62,684 nucleotides of DNA from an uncultured Gammaproteobacteria bacterium. GTDB lineage: Bacteria; Patescibacteriota; Patescibacteriia; UBA11705; JABHMO01. Made by a program: the position numbers and the translations under genes. The stretch spans positions 1 to 62,684 of the forward strand of contig CAZAKN010000006.1 in the NCBI GenBank assembly GCA_964486065.1, read 5' to 3'. The notes beneath the pieces were generated by a model. It saw only the letters and a program-made list of their open reading frames with translations, did no database searches and had not been told where the DNA came from. Below, one piece after another: positions 9,081 to 17,980 of the stretch. Positions within the stretch are counted from its first letter, which is position 1; every line of letters begins with the position of its first letter.

Positions 9081-10118
9081 TTAAAACGCGCGACTGAAAC
9101 CGGCTTCACCGGAATTGATCAAACGAATATCATCTATTCCGTAACGCATCATTACCAATCTTGTCAGCCCCAGACCAAAAGCGAAGCCCGAATATTCTTC
9201 CGGATCAATACCACCGGCTTTTAAAACATTGGGATGCACCATGCCACAAGGCAGAAGCTCCAGCCATCCGGTCTGTTTGCAAACACCACAACCGCGCCCT
9301 TCGCAAATCAAACAATTAATATCTAATTCAAAACCTGGTTCCACGAAAGGAAAAAATCCCGGTCGCAATCTGGTTTTGACTTTCTTTTTAAATATTCCTT
9401 CCAATAAGGTATTCATCACTTTGATCAAATTGGCGATGGAAATATCTTTGTCTATCATCAATCCTTCCAATTGATTGAAAGTATGTTCATGGCTGGCGTC
9501 CAAATCTTCATTCCGAAAAACTCTGCCCGGAACCACCGCTTTAAGTGGCGCGCCGTATTGACGCATAGCCCTGACTTGCACCGGTGAAGTATGAGTGCGC
9601 AAAACTTTTTTTGCTTCATCTTCTTTTGTTTTAACATAAAAAGTATCTTGCATATCTCTGGCCGGATGATGTTCGGGAATATTCAAAGCTTCAAAATTAA
9701 AATAATCCGATTCCAATTCCGGACCGTCCAAAATCATAAATCCCATACCGCGGAAAATATCTTCCAGTTCATATTGCACTTTACTGAGAGGATTCAAGTA
9801 TCCGCTCTCTCCCCTTTCTCCGGGCAAACTGGTATCAATAAAATCATTGGCCAATTCTTCTTCCATGGCCTCTTTTTCCAATTCATTTTTTACATTTTCC
9901 GCTTGAGAACTTAATTCGTTTTTTATCTCATTGGCCAATTTGCCGACGGTTTTTCGCTCATCGGCGGACAAATCCTTCAATGATTTTAAAATATTGTTAA
10001 GCTCGCCGGCTTTGCGTCCGAAATAACGATTTTCCCATTCTTCCAATTGCTTCAAATCTTTGGCTTCACGCAAATCCTCAGTCGCCTGTTTTTTTAATTT
10101 AAGTAATTGATCTCGCAT
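9081..10118 (-). CDS. pheS: phenylalanine--tRNA ligase alpha subunit
   Basis: Class II aaRS motifs (FRNEDLDASHEHTFNQLEG, GFAFGLGLTR). The ORF track starts at a TTG (10142); the ATG at 10118 (MRDQLLKL) is more likely. Confidence 0.93.
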   Translation of the reverse strand: MRDQLLKLKKQATEDLREAKDLKQLEEWENRYFGRKAGELNNILKSLKDLSADERKTVGKLANEIKNELSSQAENVKNELEKEAMEEELANDFIDTSLPGERGESGYLNPLSKVQYELEDIFRGMGFMILDGPELESDYFNFEALNIPEHHPARDMQDTFYVKTKEDEAKKVLRTHTSPVQVRAMRQYGAPLKAVVPGRVFRNEDLDASHEHTFNQLEGLMIDKDISIANLIKVMNTLLEGIFKKKVKTRLRPGFFPFVEPGFELDINCLICEGRGCGVCKQTGWLELLPCGMVHPNVLKAGGIDPEEYSGFAFGLGLTRLVMMRYGIDDIRLINSGEAGFSRAF

Positions 10119-10195
10119 ATTTGATTGATGGAAATAATTCAATTCGCTTATTATTGTAGCACAAAATAAGATATTTTTACATAAAAAGAAGTCCC

Positions 10196-11017
10196 CTATT
10201 TTTTCAAGGGCACTTCCACGATTGTTTCTTTATCGTCCAAGAGAACATCCACACTTTGCTTCAAAACATGCCAGCCTATCACTTCGCCTTTACCGTGCTC
10301 GGTATTGATTTTGTCGCCAATCATAGGCAATTTTTCCGCCATTTTCTCGTAATGTTCCTGTTCATAAGTCAGGCAACATTTAAGTCGTCCGCAAACTCCG
10401 CTCAACCTTTCCGATCCGCGATGGGAAACTTGTTGCAATTCCGCCAAATCCGAAGTTACATTCCCCAAGTCCTTGTGAAAAGATCGACAACACAATCCTC
10501 TGCCACAAGGTCCAATATCACCGGACATTTTCATTTCATCGCGAATACCCAACTGTTGCAAACGGATATTTTTGCGAAAAATCTTATTTAAGTCTTTTAA
10601 TAATTCACGAAAATCCACGCGCCCATCGGCAATAAAAGCGAAAATCACTTTTTCTCCGTCAAAAGAAAAATGCACATCCACCAACTTAATCGGCAAATCG
10701 TGTTTTTTTATCAAAGCCTTGCAATCCACTGACGCTTTTTCCTTTTGCTTTTTATAATTCAAAGCGGTTTCAATATCTTCCTGAGTGGCTTTACGAGTAA
10801 TAGCTCGCAAATTTTCCACGCCCGTCTGTAAAATCCGTTCTTTGCTCATCTCTTTTTTTTCTATCACTTTGCCAATCTCGGTTTGTCCGAGTGCCGCGTC
10901 TTCATCCAGATCAATAACCACATAATCTCCGGCTTCCACCGGCACGGGTTCATCTTTATTCAAAGTATATTTATAGATTTTATCCCAAGGAGTTATTTGT
11001 ATATCAAGAATAGTCAT
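10196..11017 (-). CDS. PSP1 domain protein (YaaT/RicT-like)
   Basis: 273 aa. Cys-rich PSP1 C-terminal signature (GPCGRGLCCRSF ... CGRLKCCLTYE). Confidence 0.85.
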   Translation of the reverse strand: MTILDIQITPWDKIYKYTLNKDEPVPVEAGDYVVIDLDEDAALGQTEIGKVIEKKEMSKERILQTGVENLRAITRKATQEDIETALNYKKQKEKASVDCKALIKKHDLPIKLVDVHFSFDGEKVIFAFIADGRVDFRELLKDLNKIFRKNIRLQQLGIRDEMKMSGDIGPCGRGLCCRSFHKDLGNVTSDLAELQQVSHRGSERLSGVCGRLKCCLTYEQEHYEKMAEKLPMIGDKINTEHGKGEVIGWHVLKQSVDVLLDDKETIVEVPLKK

Positions 11018-11032
11018 AAATCTTGAAATTAA

Positions 11033-11818
11033 TTAAACGCTGAATCTGTAATAAGCTTCAATTTTAACATCATCGCCGGCTTGTTCTTTGATATAATCTT
11101 CAACTTTCTTTTTATCGTCTTTAATAAAAGCTTGTTTGGTCAAACAAATTTCTTCATAAAATTTATTCAACTTGCCTACCAAGATTTTTTCAATCATTTC
11201 TTCCGGTTTACCTTCATTTTTCAATTGTTCACGATAAACATCTTTTTCTTTTTCAATCACTTCCGCCGGAACATCTTCAGGATTTAAATATTCTGGATCC
11301 ATGGCCGCCACTTGCATGGCGATTTCTCCGGCCAATTCAGATGTTCCTCCGTTCAACACCACCACAGAGGCGACTTTTTTGTTGGAATGTAAATAAGTAC
11401 CGATAACTTCTCCGGCAACTTTTTCAACAATACTCAATTGAATATTTTCACCGATTTTTACCACTAATTCATTTTTAATCTTCGCTTCAGTCCGAGCCTT
11501 GAAATCATCAGCATCCGAATTCAGCAAATCCCGCGCGTAATCTTCCACCGCTTGTTTGGAATCTTCATTACGAGCCACGAAATCGGTTTCGCAAGCTAAA
11601 CCCACGACCGCTACTTCTTTTTCATTTTCCATCATTGCGATCAGACCTTCTTTGGTATCGCGATCCGCTTTTTTAGCGGCTTTGGCTTCACCTTTTTTTC
11701 TTAATATTTCAATCGCTTTATCATAATCATCTCCGGCTTCAGTCAAAGCTTTTTTGCAATCCATCATTCCCGCGCCGGTTTGTTCTCTAAGTTTGGTAAT
11801 TGTTTTTATGTCCGCCAT
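11033..11818 (-). CDS. tsf: translation elongation factor Ts
   Basis: UBA-like N-terminus ITKLREQTGAGMMDCKKAL and an EF-Ts dimerisation core. Confidence 0.95.
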   Translation of the reverse strand: MADIKTITKLREQTGAGMMDCKKALTEAGDDYDKAIEILRKKGEAKAAKKADRDTKEGLIAMMENEKEVAVVGLACETDFVARNEDSKQAVEDYARDLLNSDADDFKARTEAKIKNELVVKIGENIQLSIVEKVAGEVIGTYLHSNKKVASVVVLNGGTSELAGEIAMQVAAMDPEYLNPEDVPAEVIEKEKDVYREQLKNEGKPEEMIEKILVGKLNKFYEEICLTKQAFIKDDKKKVEDYIKEQAGDDVKIEAYYRFSV

Positions 11819-11838
11819 AAAATTTTAAACATTATTAT

Positions 11839-12579
11839 TTATTTTGTTTTGCTTGTTTTTTCAACCGCTTTTTCGGTTGTTGATGTTTTTTGACGATCAA
11901 CTTTCGCTTCACTGATCGCTTCGGCCACGGTATTGGCGATAATCTTGATTGAATTGGAAGCATCATCATTGCCTGGAATGGGATAAGTTATTTTTTCCGG
12001 ATTAACATTGGTGTCGCAAATGGCAACGATCGGCAAACCGATTTTATTGGCCTCCAAAACCGCTGTTTTTTCTTCCTTTACATCTACAATAAATATCGCG
12101 TTCGGAACTTTGTCCAAAGAAGCTATTCCACCGACCAATTCTTCCAATCTTTCAATTTCACGAGTAATGGTCAGTCTTTCTTTTTTGGTATATTTATCCA
12201 ATTTTCCGGTTTCTTTTTGTTCTTTCAATTTATTATATTTTTTAACCACGCCCAAAACAGATTTGGAATTGGTCAAAGTTCCCCCCAACCAACGAGAAAC
12301 AATGTATGGCATCCCGCAAGCTTCCGCCGCTTTTTTGACGATCGGACGAGCTTGACTTTTGGTACCAAGGAATAAAACTTTTCCGCCTTCGGCAGTTACA
12401 CTTTTCACGAAATCCAAAGCTTGTTGCAATTTTTCCGCGGTTTTTTCCAAATCAATAATATGCACCCCTTGTTTTTCCGTAAAAATAAACGGCTTCATTT
12501 TAGGGTGCCATTTGGCTGTGCGATGTCCGAAATGAACACCGGCTTTCATTAAATCAGAAAGATTTACATTCTTTGACAT
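11839..12579 (-). CDS. rpsB: 30S ribosomal protein S2
   Basis: Conserved start MSKNVNLSDLMKAGVHFGH at 12579. The 32-codon upstream extension in the ORF track is not S2-like. Confidence 0.95.
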   Translation of the reverse strand: MSKNVNLSDLMKAGVHFGHRTAKWHPKMKPFIFTEKQGVHIIDLEKTAEKLQQALDFVKSVTAEGGKVLFLGTKSQARPIVKKAAEACGMPYIVSRWLGGTLTNSKSVLGVVKKYNKLKEQKETGKLDKYTKKERLTITREIERLEELVGGIASLDKVPNAIFIVDVKEEKTAVLEANKIGLPIVAICDTNVNPEKITYPIPGNDDASNSIKIIANTVAEAISEAKVDRQKTSTTEKAVEKTSKTK

Positions 12580-12751
12580 AAATTTACCTTTTTCAGCCGA
12601 ATTTACGGAATATATGAGAAAAATATTTCGTATTTTCGACTCCTCTACCTTTCCTTTCAAAGGTTCCCGCTTCACGGGTAGGCTCCTCTGAAATTTAGCT
12701 GAAATCAGCTCAGAAAAGTATGCGGTTTATTAGTTTAATTAATACGAAGAA

Positions 12752-12780
12752 ATGATATCACAAAGCCGAGTAATTTGCAA
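12752..12780 (-). promoter_or_regulatory. putative sigma70-type promoter of rpsB-tsf
   Basis: Minus strand TTGCAA-17 nt-TATCAT with a TG at the extended -10 position. Implies a roughly 165-nt leader. Confidence 0.5.
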
Positions 12781-12820
12781 TACTTAACTTATTTCAGCGA
12801 AATTTATCCCCAAATCACTC

Positions 12821-12849
12821 TTGCAAAGTTTTGTTTAACATGATATGTT
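12821..12849 (+). promoter_or_regulatory. putative promoter of the 12915 gene
   Basis: TTGCAA-17 nt-TATGTT. A 6-bp hairpin TTGCCG/CGGCAA lies in the leader. Confidence 0.35.
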
Positions 12850-12914
12850 ATTGTCGCTTGCCGAATCGGTCGGCAAACATTCGCACTTTTTAACTTTTTT
12901 TCGGAGGTTTCTAC

Positions 12915-13532
12915 ATGTTCAAAGTCATGAACACCGGCAACAAGATTAAGATCTCTCAAATCCGCCCCATCGTGCGTCGTGAAGCGTTCACCTTCGCGAA
13001 CAACAATTATCCGGACGCAATCAAGATTCTCACTCACATGATGAAAGAAACCACCTCGGATGTTCGCACCATCCCCTTAACCAAAGACGCGTTGCGCGAT
13101 TACCTGCCTCAAAACATTTCCTTTGACAATGTCAAACGGCAGATCATCGGCTTGACCGTTCTCTACGGCACGAAAGACTACAACCTTCGCGACAACGGCC
13201 CCTACTTCGGCATCAATGTCAAGGGCAATCTGGTCATCGCCAAAACCGAACAGACCTTGATCAAAGCGTTGACCGCGGGCATGACCGACGACGAAATCCT
13301 CACGAATATTGAAAAAGAACTCTCAGACGGCTACTATGAGCTGAAAAATTTCCTGACCACCGTCCAACCCGGCCAGATCGCCACTTTCAAAACCACCAAT
13401 CCGGCGGCTTTTGAACAGGTCAATACCATCCGCAGTCGTTTCGCTTATTGGCGAGCTCTGACCGATCGCATCGGCACGATCACCACCATGGTGGTCCCGG
13501 AAACGCTGACCAACGGCACGATCAACACCTAA
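12915..13532 (+). CDS. hypothetical protein (GC3-rich, SD-led orphan)
   Basis: 205 aa. GGAGG lies 7 nt upstream of the ATG. Has its own terminator. Codon third positions are visibly G/C-rich compared with neighbouring rpsB/tsf. Confidence 0.75.
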   Translation: MFKVMNTGNKIKISQIRPIVRREAFTFANNNYPDAIKILTHMMKETTSDVRTIPLTKDALRDYLPQNISFDNVKRQIIGLTVLYGTKDYNLRDNGPYFGINVKGNLVIAKTEQTLIKALTAGMTDDEILTNIEKELSDGYYELKNFLTTVQPGQIATFKTTNPAAFEQVNTIRSRFAYWRALTDRIGTITTMVVPETLTNGTINT

Positions 13533-13582
13533 AATTCCCACGCAGGGGATCCCACCGGTTTCTTTAAGGGGGACACCGGGAT

Positions 13583-13616
13583 ACGGCTCTATTCATCTGA
13601 ATAGAGCCGTTTTTTA
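13583..13616 (+). terminator. Rho-independent terminator
   Basis: 11-bp stem ACGGCTCTATT/AATAGAGCCGT followed by T6. Confidence 0.8.
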
Positions 13617-13663
13617 TTTACCCAAAAAAGTAAAACAAAAAAGAGCGATACTTCGCTCTCTTT

Positions 13664-13750
13664 TGGTGGGCCGGGGCGGATTCGAACCACCGAAGGCGCA
13701 AGGCCAGCAGATTTACAGTCTGCCCCATTTGACCGCTTTGGTACCGACCC
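13664..13750 (-). tRNA. tRNA-Tyr (GTA), long variable arm, encoded CCA
   Basis: Manual cloverleaf: acceptor GGGTCGG/CCGGCCC, anticodon loop CTGTAAA, T-arm GGTGG-TTCGAAT-CCGCC. Confidence 0.9.
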
Positions 13751-13888
13751 ATATTAAATCAATTGGCAACCGCTTAAATTTTTAAAAATGTTTCAAGAAA
13801 CATGAAAATCAATTAATGATTCGTTCTCCACGAATAATGTTCCATGTTTCAAAATACTATCACATTATAATCACTTAATCAAGCTAAG

Positions 13889-14476
13889 TTATCTACTTGA
13901 ATAATCTTTTTCCAGATTAAGTAATTCACTTTTGTTCAAGCCCATTTTTTTACCGGAAACCAAGCGTTGTCTGGTAATTTCATACAAACATATTCCGGCC
14001 GTAACCGAAACATTTAAACTCTGCACCAATCCACGCATGGGAATATAGATTTTACTGTCCGCCAACTTTAATGCCGAGCGAGACACTCCCCGATGTTCAT
14101 TACCTATCACCAAAGCTGTTTTACCTTTACTCCAATCTGTTTGATAAATACTCTCGGCTTGTTCGTCCAAAATCGTTACCGCGATTTTATATCCTTGCTT
14201 TTTTAAGGAGTTCAAACAAACACTGGTACTTTTATATTTTTCAAAATCCAGCCACTTATTGGCGGAAGCTGAGCTGACCTTGCCGACTTTACGAGGATTA
14301 AATTCCGCTCCGGATTCAAATATCAAACAAACTTTTTGCACGCCAAAATCTTCCGCGCTACGAAAAATCGCCGCCGCGTTGTGCGGATCATGAATTTTCT
14401 CCAAAACCAAAATCAAATCTTTCTGCCGGCCGGCCACGGCTTTTTTTATTTTTTGCATTCTTTGCTCGGTGGTCAT
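13889..14476 (-). CDS. SpoU/TrmH-family RNA 2'-O-methyltransferase
   Basis: 195 aa. SPOUT motifs (DPHNAAAIFRSAEDFG, LVIGNEHRGVS, IPMRGLVQSLNVSV). Confidence 0.85.
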   Translation of the reverse strand: MTTEQRMQKIKKAVAGRQKDLILVLEKIHDPHNAAAIFRSAEDFGVQKVCLIFESGAEFNPRKVGKVSSASANKWLDFEKYKSTSVCLNSLKKQGYKIAVTILDEQAESIYQTDWSKGKTALVIGNEHRGVSRSALKLADSKIYIPMRGLVQSLNVSVTAGICLYEITRQRLVSGKKMGLNKSELLNLEKDYSSR

Positions 14477-14551
14477 ACAGAGAAAAATATATCATAAAAA
14501 TTAAGTAACACCAAGAATTATGCTATAATGATTTCAATAACTCAAATCCAT

Positions 14552-15070
14552 ATGCAATCAACAAAAACTTTGATTTTAAACAAAACCAAAACCGAAATTT
14601 TAACCTTTTCAACCTTACTTATTCTTTCCGTGGCTCTACCATTATTTTTCCATCAACAATGGCTCACCGGCTCGCTCGTCAATTGTTTACTAATCATCAC
14701 GGCTCTGCGTTTCGGTTTATCCGGTGGAATTTCTCTCAGTATCATTCCGAGTTTGGTTGCCCTGGCGGGCGGCTTATTACCCGTCGCGCTGGCGCCGGCG
14801 GTACCTTTTATCATAATGAGCAATATCATCCTCGTGATCGCGATCAGAGCTCTGACCAAGCGGAACTATTATTTGGCAATTCTACTCGGCGCGACCGCCA
14901 AATTCCTTTTTCTTTATTCCGCCGTTAATCTGATTTTAATCAATTATTTGCAATCACCTTTTTTTAACGCGGTGAGCGTAATGCTCAGTTGGCCACAATT
15001 TGTTACCGCGCTATGTGGCGGTCTTTTGGCGTGGATAATTTTAAAAGGTTTTAAAATACCTATTCATTAG
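14552..15070 (+). CDS. integral membrane protein (about 5 TM; ECF-S-component-like, tentative)
   Basis: The ORF track ATG at 14528 overlaps a TATAAT hexamer (14524-14529), so the ATG at 14552 is preferred. Ends 1 nt before the NuoF-like gene. Confidence 0.65.
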   Translation: MQSTKTLILNKTKTEILTFSTLLILSVALPLFFHQQWLTGSLVNCLLIITALRFGLSGGISLSIIPSLVALAGGLLPVALAPAVPFIIMSNIILVIAIRALTKRNYYLAILLGATAKFLFLYSAVNLILINYLQSPFFNAVSVMLSWPQFVTALCGGLLAWIILKGFKIPIH

Positions 15071-15071
15071 T

Positions 15072-16067
15072 ATGAACATAATCAAACAATTGGAAAAAAA
15101 CGCCATTATCGGCAAGGGGTGTAACAATTATCCGACTTTTAAAAAATGGCAAAAATTCAAAGCGCAAAAATCATCTGAAAAATATTTGGTGGTCAATATT
15201 TCAGAAGGCACGCCCGCGGTTTTTAAAGACGGCTGGATTCTGCAGAATCGCTTGGATATTGCTTTGAAGGCCGTGGAATTTGCCATTGATTATTTTAAAA
15301 TAACCAAGGCTTTTATTTATCTTAATCCCGATTATTATAAACAATTTTCTCCGAAAATCCGTCGCGCCATCAAAAATTATCCTAAGATTGAATTAATCAA
15401 AGAACGCGCCGGCTATATCGGCGGTGAAGAAAGCGCTATCATGAATTTTTTGGAAGGCAAAATTGCCGAGCCGCGCCAAAAACCGCCGTTTCCTCATGAA
15501 CGCGGATTTAACGATCAGCCGACCTTGGTCAATAATTTGGAAACTTTTTACGATATCGGTAGAATTTTGCGCGATGAATATGACAATACCAGATTGGTTT
15601 GCTTTTCCGGCAAAAGAATTAAACCTCAAGTTTACGAACTGGATCAAAATCTGAGCTTTAAAAAAATGTTGGAATTAACCGGCAACTTGCCGAAATATGA
15701 TTTTTTCACGCAAATCGGTGGCTGGGCTTCGGGTTTGGTTTTGAACAAAAAACAATTGAATCGCACCTTTCAACAAACCGGTGGATTGGGTGCCATTGTC
15801 ATATATGATATTAAAGAAAATCCGCGCAAATTATTTTTGGACTGGATGAAGTTTTACAAAAGTGAAAGCTGTGGCAAATGCGTCCCTTGCCGAGAAGGCA
15901 CTTATAGACTGGTAGAATTATTATCCGAGCCAAAACCGGATTGGCGAAGAATAAAGGATTTGCTTTTCACTTTGGAAGAAACCGCTTTTTGCGGACTTGG
16001 CAAAGTAGTCCCGATCGGCATGCTTTCATACATGAAAAATATTATGGATTTCAGTAAAATCAAATAA
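15072..16067 (+). CDS. NuoF/HydB-like iron-sulfur protein (51-kDa family, degenerate flavin/NADH loop)
   Basis: Motifs AGYIGGEESAIMNFLEG, PRQKPPFPHERG, TLVNNLET, SCGKCVPCREG, FCGLG. The canonical GRGGAGFPTG loop reads GKGCNNYPTF here. Confidence 0.85.
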   Translation: MNIIKQLEKNAIIGKGCNNYPTFKKWQKFKAQKSSEKYLVVNISEGTPAVFKDGWILQNRLDIALKAVEFAIDYFKITKAFIYLNPDYYKQFSPKIRRAIKNYPKIELIKERAGYIGGEESAIMNFLEGKIAEPRQKPPFPHERGFNDQPTLVNNLETFYDIGRILRDEYDNTRLVCFSGKRIKPQVYELDQNLSFKKMLELTGNLPKYDFFTQIGGWASGLVLNKKQLNRTFQQTGGLGAIVIYDIKENPRKLFLDWMKFYKSESCGKCVPCREGTYRLVELLSEPKPDWRRIKDLLFTLEETAFCGLGKVVPIGMLSYMKNIMDFSKIK

Positions 16068-16070
16068 TTT

Positions 16071-17774
16071 ATGAATATTAAAATCAACAATCAGAACGTC
16101 AAAGCGCAAGCCGGACAAACAATTTTGGAAGCTTTACCAAAAGATATTTTCGTTCCCACGCTTTGTCATCACCCCGATCTTTCGGTACGAGCGAACTGTC
16201 GCGTCTGTGTGGTGGAATTAAAGGATGGTCGCTTGGTTACCGCCTGTTCCACTCCCGTCAAACTCAACATGGAAATATTTACCGATACGCCGAAAGTAAA
16301 AAAAGCCAGACGCATGAATTTGGAATTAATTTTTTCCGAACACGCGGAAAAATGTAGCACTTGTTTTTATAATAATAAATGCAAACTGCAAGATTACGCC
16401 AAGCAATACCAAGCCAAAATTACCGGTTTCAAAGACAGGAAAAACAATCGAAAAATTTTTCAATTCGGCGAAGCTGTACAATTTGATCAAACCAAATGCA
16501 TTGATTGTGGCAATTGTTTGGAAATGTGCGAAAAACAAACTATAAATTTTTATGATAAAATCGGCAAAGGAGCTGATCGCGAATATCGCCCGACCAAAGA
16601 CATTAATCGCGATTGCACCACCTGCGGGCAATGTATCGTCCACTGTCCAGTCGGTGCGATTCAAGAAGTTTCGCATTTGGAACGCGTGCAAAAAGCGCTG
16701 GATGATCCGAAAAAAATCGTCATCGCTCAAACCGCTCCGTCCATCCGCGTTTCAATCGGTGAAGAATTCGGCATGAATCCGGGTGAAATCGCCACGGGAA
16801 AGATGGTGGCGGGTTTGAAAAAATTGGGATTTGATTATGTTTTTGACACCAATCTCGGCGCGGATATCACCACCTTTGAAGAAGCCGGCGAATATTTTGA
16901 AGGCTTCAAACGCCGCAAAATGCTTTTCACTTCATGTTGTAGCGCTTGGTTTAAATTTGTCAGATTTTATTACCCTGAATTCATTCCCAATATTTCCACC
17001 GTTCATTCTCCGCAAACATGTTTGGGCAAAACCGTAAAAACCTATTTCGCGGAAAAACAGAGCATCAACCCGCGTGATATCGTGATGGTTTCCGTTATGC
17101 CTTGCGTGGCAAAAAAATTTGAAATCACTCAACCGAATACGAAAATAAACGGTATGTATGCCGTGGATCATGTTTTAACTACCAGGGAATTCGCGCAACT
17201 CATGCGACTGAACAAAGTTAATTTCAATTATTTAAAAGATGAAGATTTTGACCACCCCCTCGGCTCATCCAGTGGTGCGGCCGCGATTTACGGAGCAACC
17301 GGTGGTGTAATGGAATCCGCTCTGCGCACTGCAGTGGAATATTACATGGGAACAAAATTAAGAAAACCTGAATTCAAACAAGTCCGAGGCATGGAGCGAG
17401 TGCGAAAAGCGAATATAAAAGTAAAAGGTGAAACTATCCGCGTGGCCGTGGCCAGTGGATTGGACAGCGCTCGTCGCGTTCTGGAAGAAATCAAGCAAGG
17501 ACGCGAAAAGTTGGACTTTTTTGAAGTCATGGCCTGTCCCGGCGGTTGTATCGGTGGTGGCGGACAACCTCTTCCCACCAATAGCTATGTAAGAAACGCA
17601 CGCATTAAAGGACTTTATGAAATTGACAATAATTCCACCGTTCGCAAAGCGCACGAAAATCCGGATTTACTGAAACTGTATTCGGATTACGCCAACTCCA
17701 AGAAAAAAAGACATCATCTATTCCATACCCATCATGGTCGTCAGAAAAGATCGCCCATCAAAACGGATAAATAA
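16071..17774 (+). CDS. hydA: [FeFe]-hydrogenase catalytic subunit (group A-like)
   Basis: N-terminal 2Fe-2S and 4Fe-4S ferredoxin domains. H-cluster motifs FTSCCSAW, MPCVAKKFE, EVMACPGGCIGGGGQP. Confidence 0.9.
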   Translation: MNIKINNQNVKAQAGQTILEALPKDIFVPTLCHHPDLSVRANCRVCVVELKDGRLVTACSTPVKLNMEIFTDTPKVKKARRMNLELIFSEHAEKCSTCFYNNKCKLQDYAKQYQAKITGFKDRKNNRKIFQFGEAVQFDQTKCIDCGNCLEMCEKQTINFYDKIGKGADREYRPTKDINRDCTTCGQCIVHCPVGAIQEVSHLERVQKALDDPKKIVIAQTAPSIRVSIGEEFGMNPGEIATGKMVAGLKKLGFDYVFDTNLGADITTFEEAGEYFEGFKRRKMLFTSCCSAWFKFVRFYYPEFIPNISTVHSPQTCLGKTVKTYFAEKQSINPRDIVMVSVMPCVAKKFEITQPNTKINGMYAVDHVLTTREFAQLMRLNKVNFNYLKDEDFDHPLGSSSGAAAIYGATGGVMESALRTAVEYYMGTKLRKPEFKQVRGMERVRKANIKVKGETIRVAVASGLDSARRVLEEIKQGREKLDFFEVMACPGGCIGGGGQPLPTNSYVRNARIKGLYEIDNNSTVRKAHENPDLLKLYSDYANSKKKRHHLFHTHHGRQKRSPIKTDK

Positions 17775-17779
17775 AAAAA

Positions 17780-17804
17780 CATCGGCATAAGCCGATGTTT
17801 TTTA
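17780..17804 (+). terminator. Rho-independent terminator after hydA
   Basis: Stem CATCGGC/GCCGATG with ATAA loop, then T7. Confidence 0.85.
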
Positions 17805-17888
17805 TTATCTGATTTTCCAATTACAACTTTCAAATATTCACTATTCCATGCTTTATGTATAATCCTTGCCAAAATTTTCAACAAAGAC

Positions 17889-17975
17889 TGGTGCCGTGGA
17901 GAGGACTTGAACCTCCACGAGATTGCTCTCACTAGCACCTGAAGCTAGCGCGTCTACCAATTCCGCCACCACGGC
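17889..17975 (-). tRNA. tRNA-Leu (CAG), encoded CCA
   Basis: Acceptor GCCGTGG/CCACGGC, anticodon stem CTAGC/GCTAG with loop TTCAGGT, long variable arm. Confidence 0.9.
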
Positions 17976-17980
17976 TTATT

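Noticed and set aside
12580-12675. N-terminal 32-codon extension of rpsB
   Set aside because: The extension (MKREPLKGKVEESK...) is not S2-like. The conserved S2 N-terminus begins at the ATG at 12579. The extension more likely belongs to the leader.
12804-13037. 77-aa minus-strand ORF overlapping the start of the 12915 gene
   Set aside because: It overlaps an SD-led plus-strand gene and its promoter, and has no initiation signals of its own.
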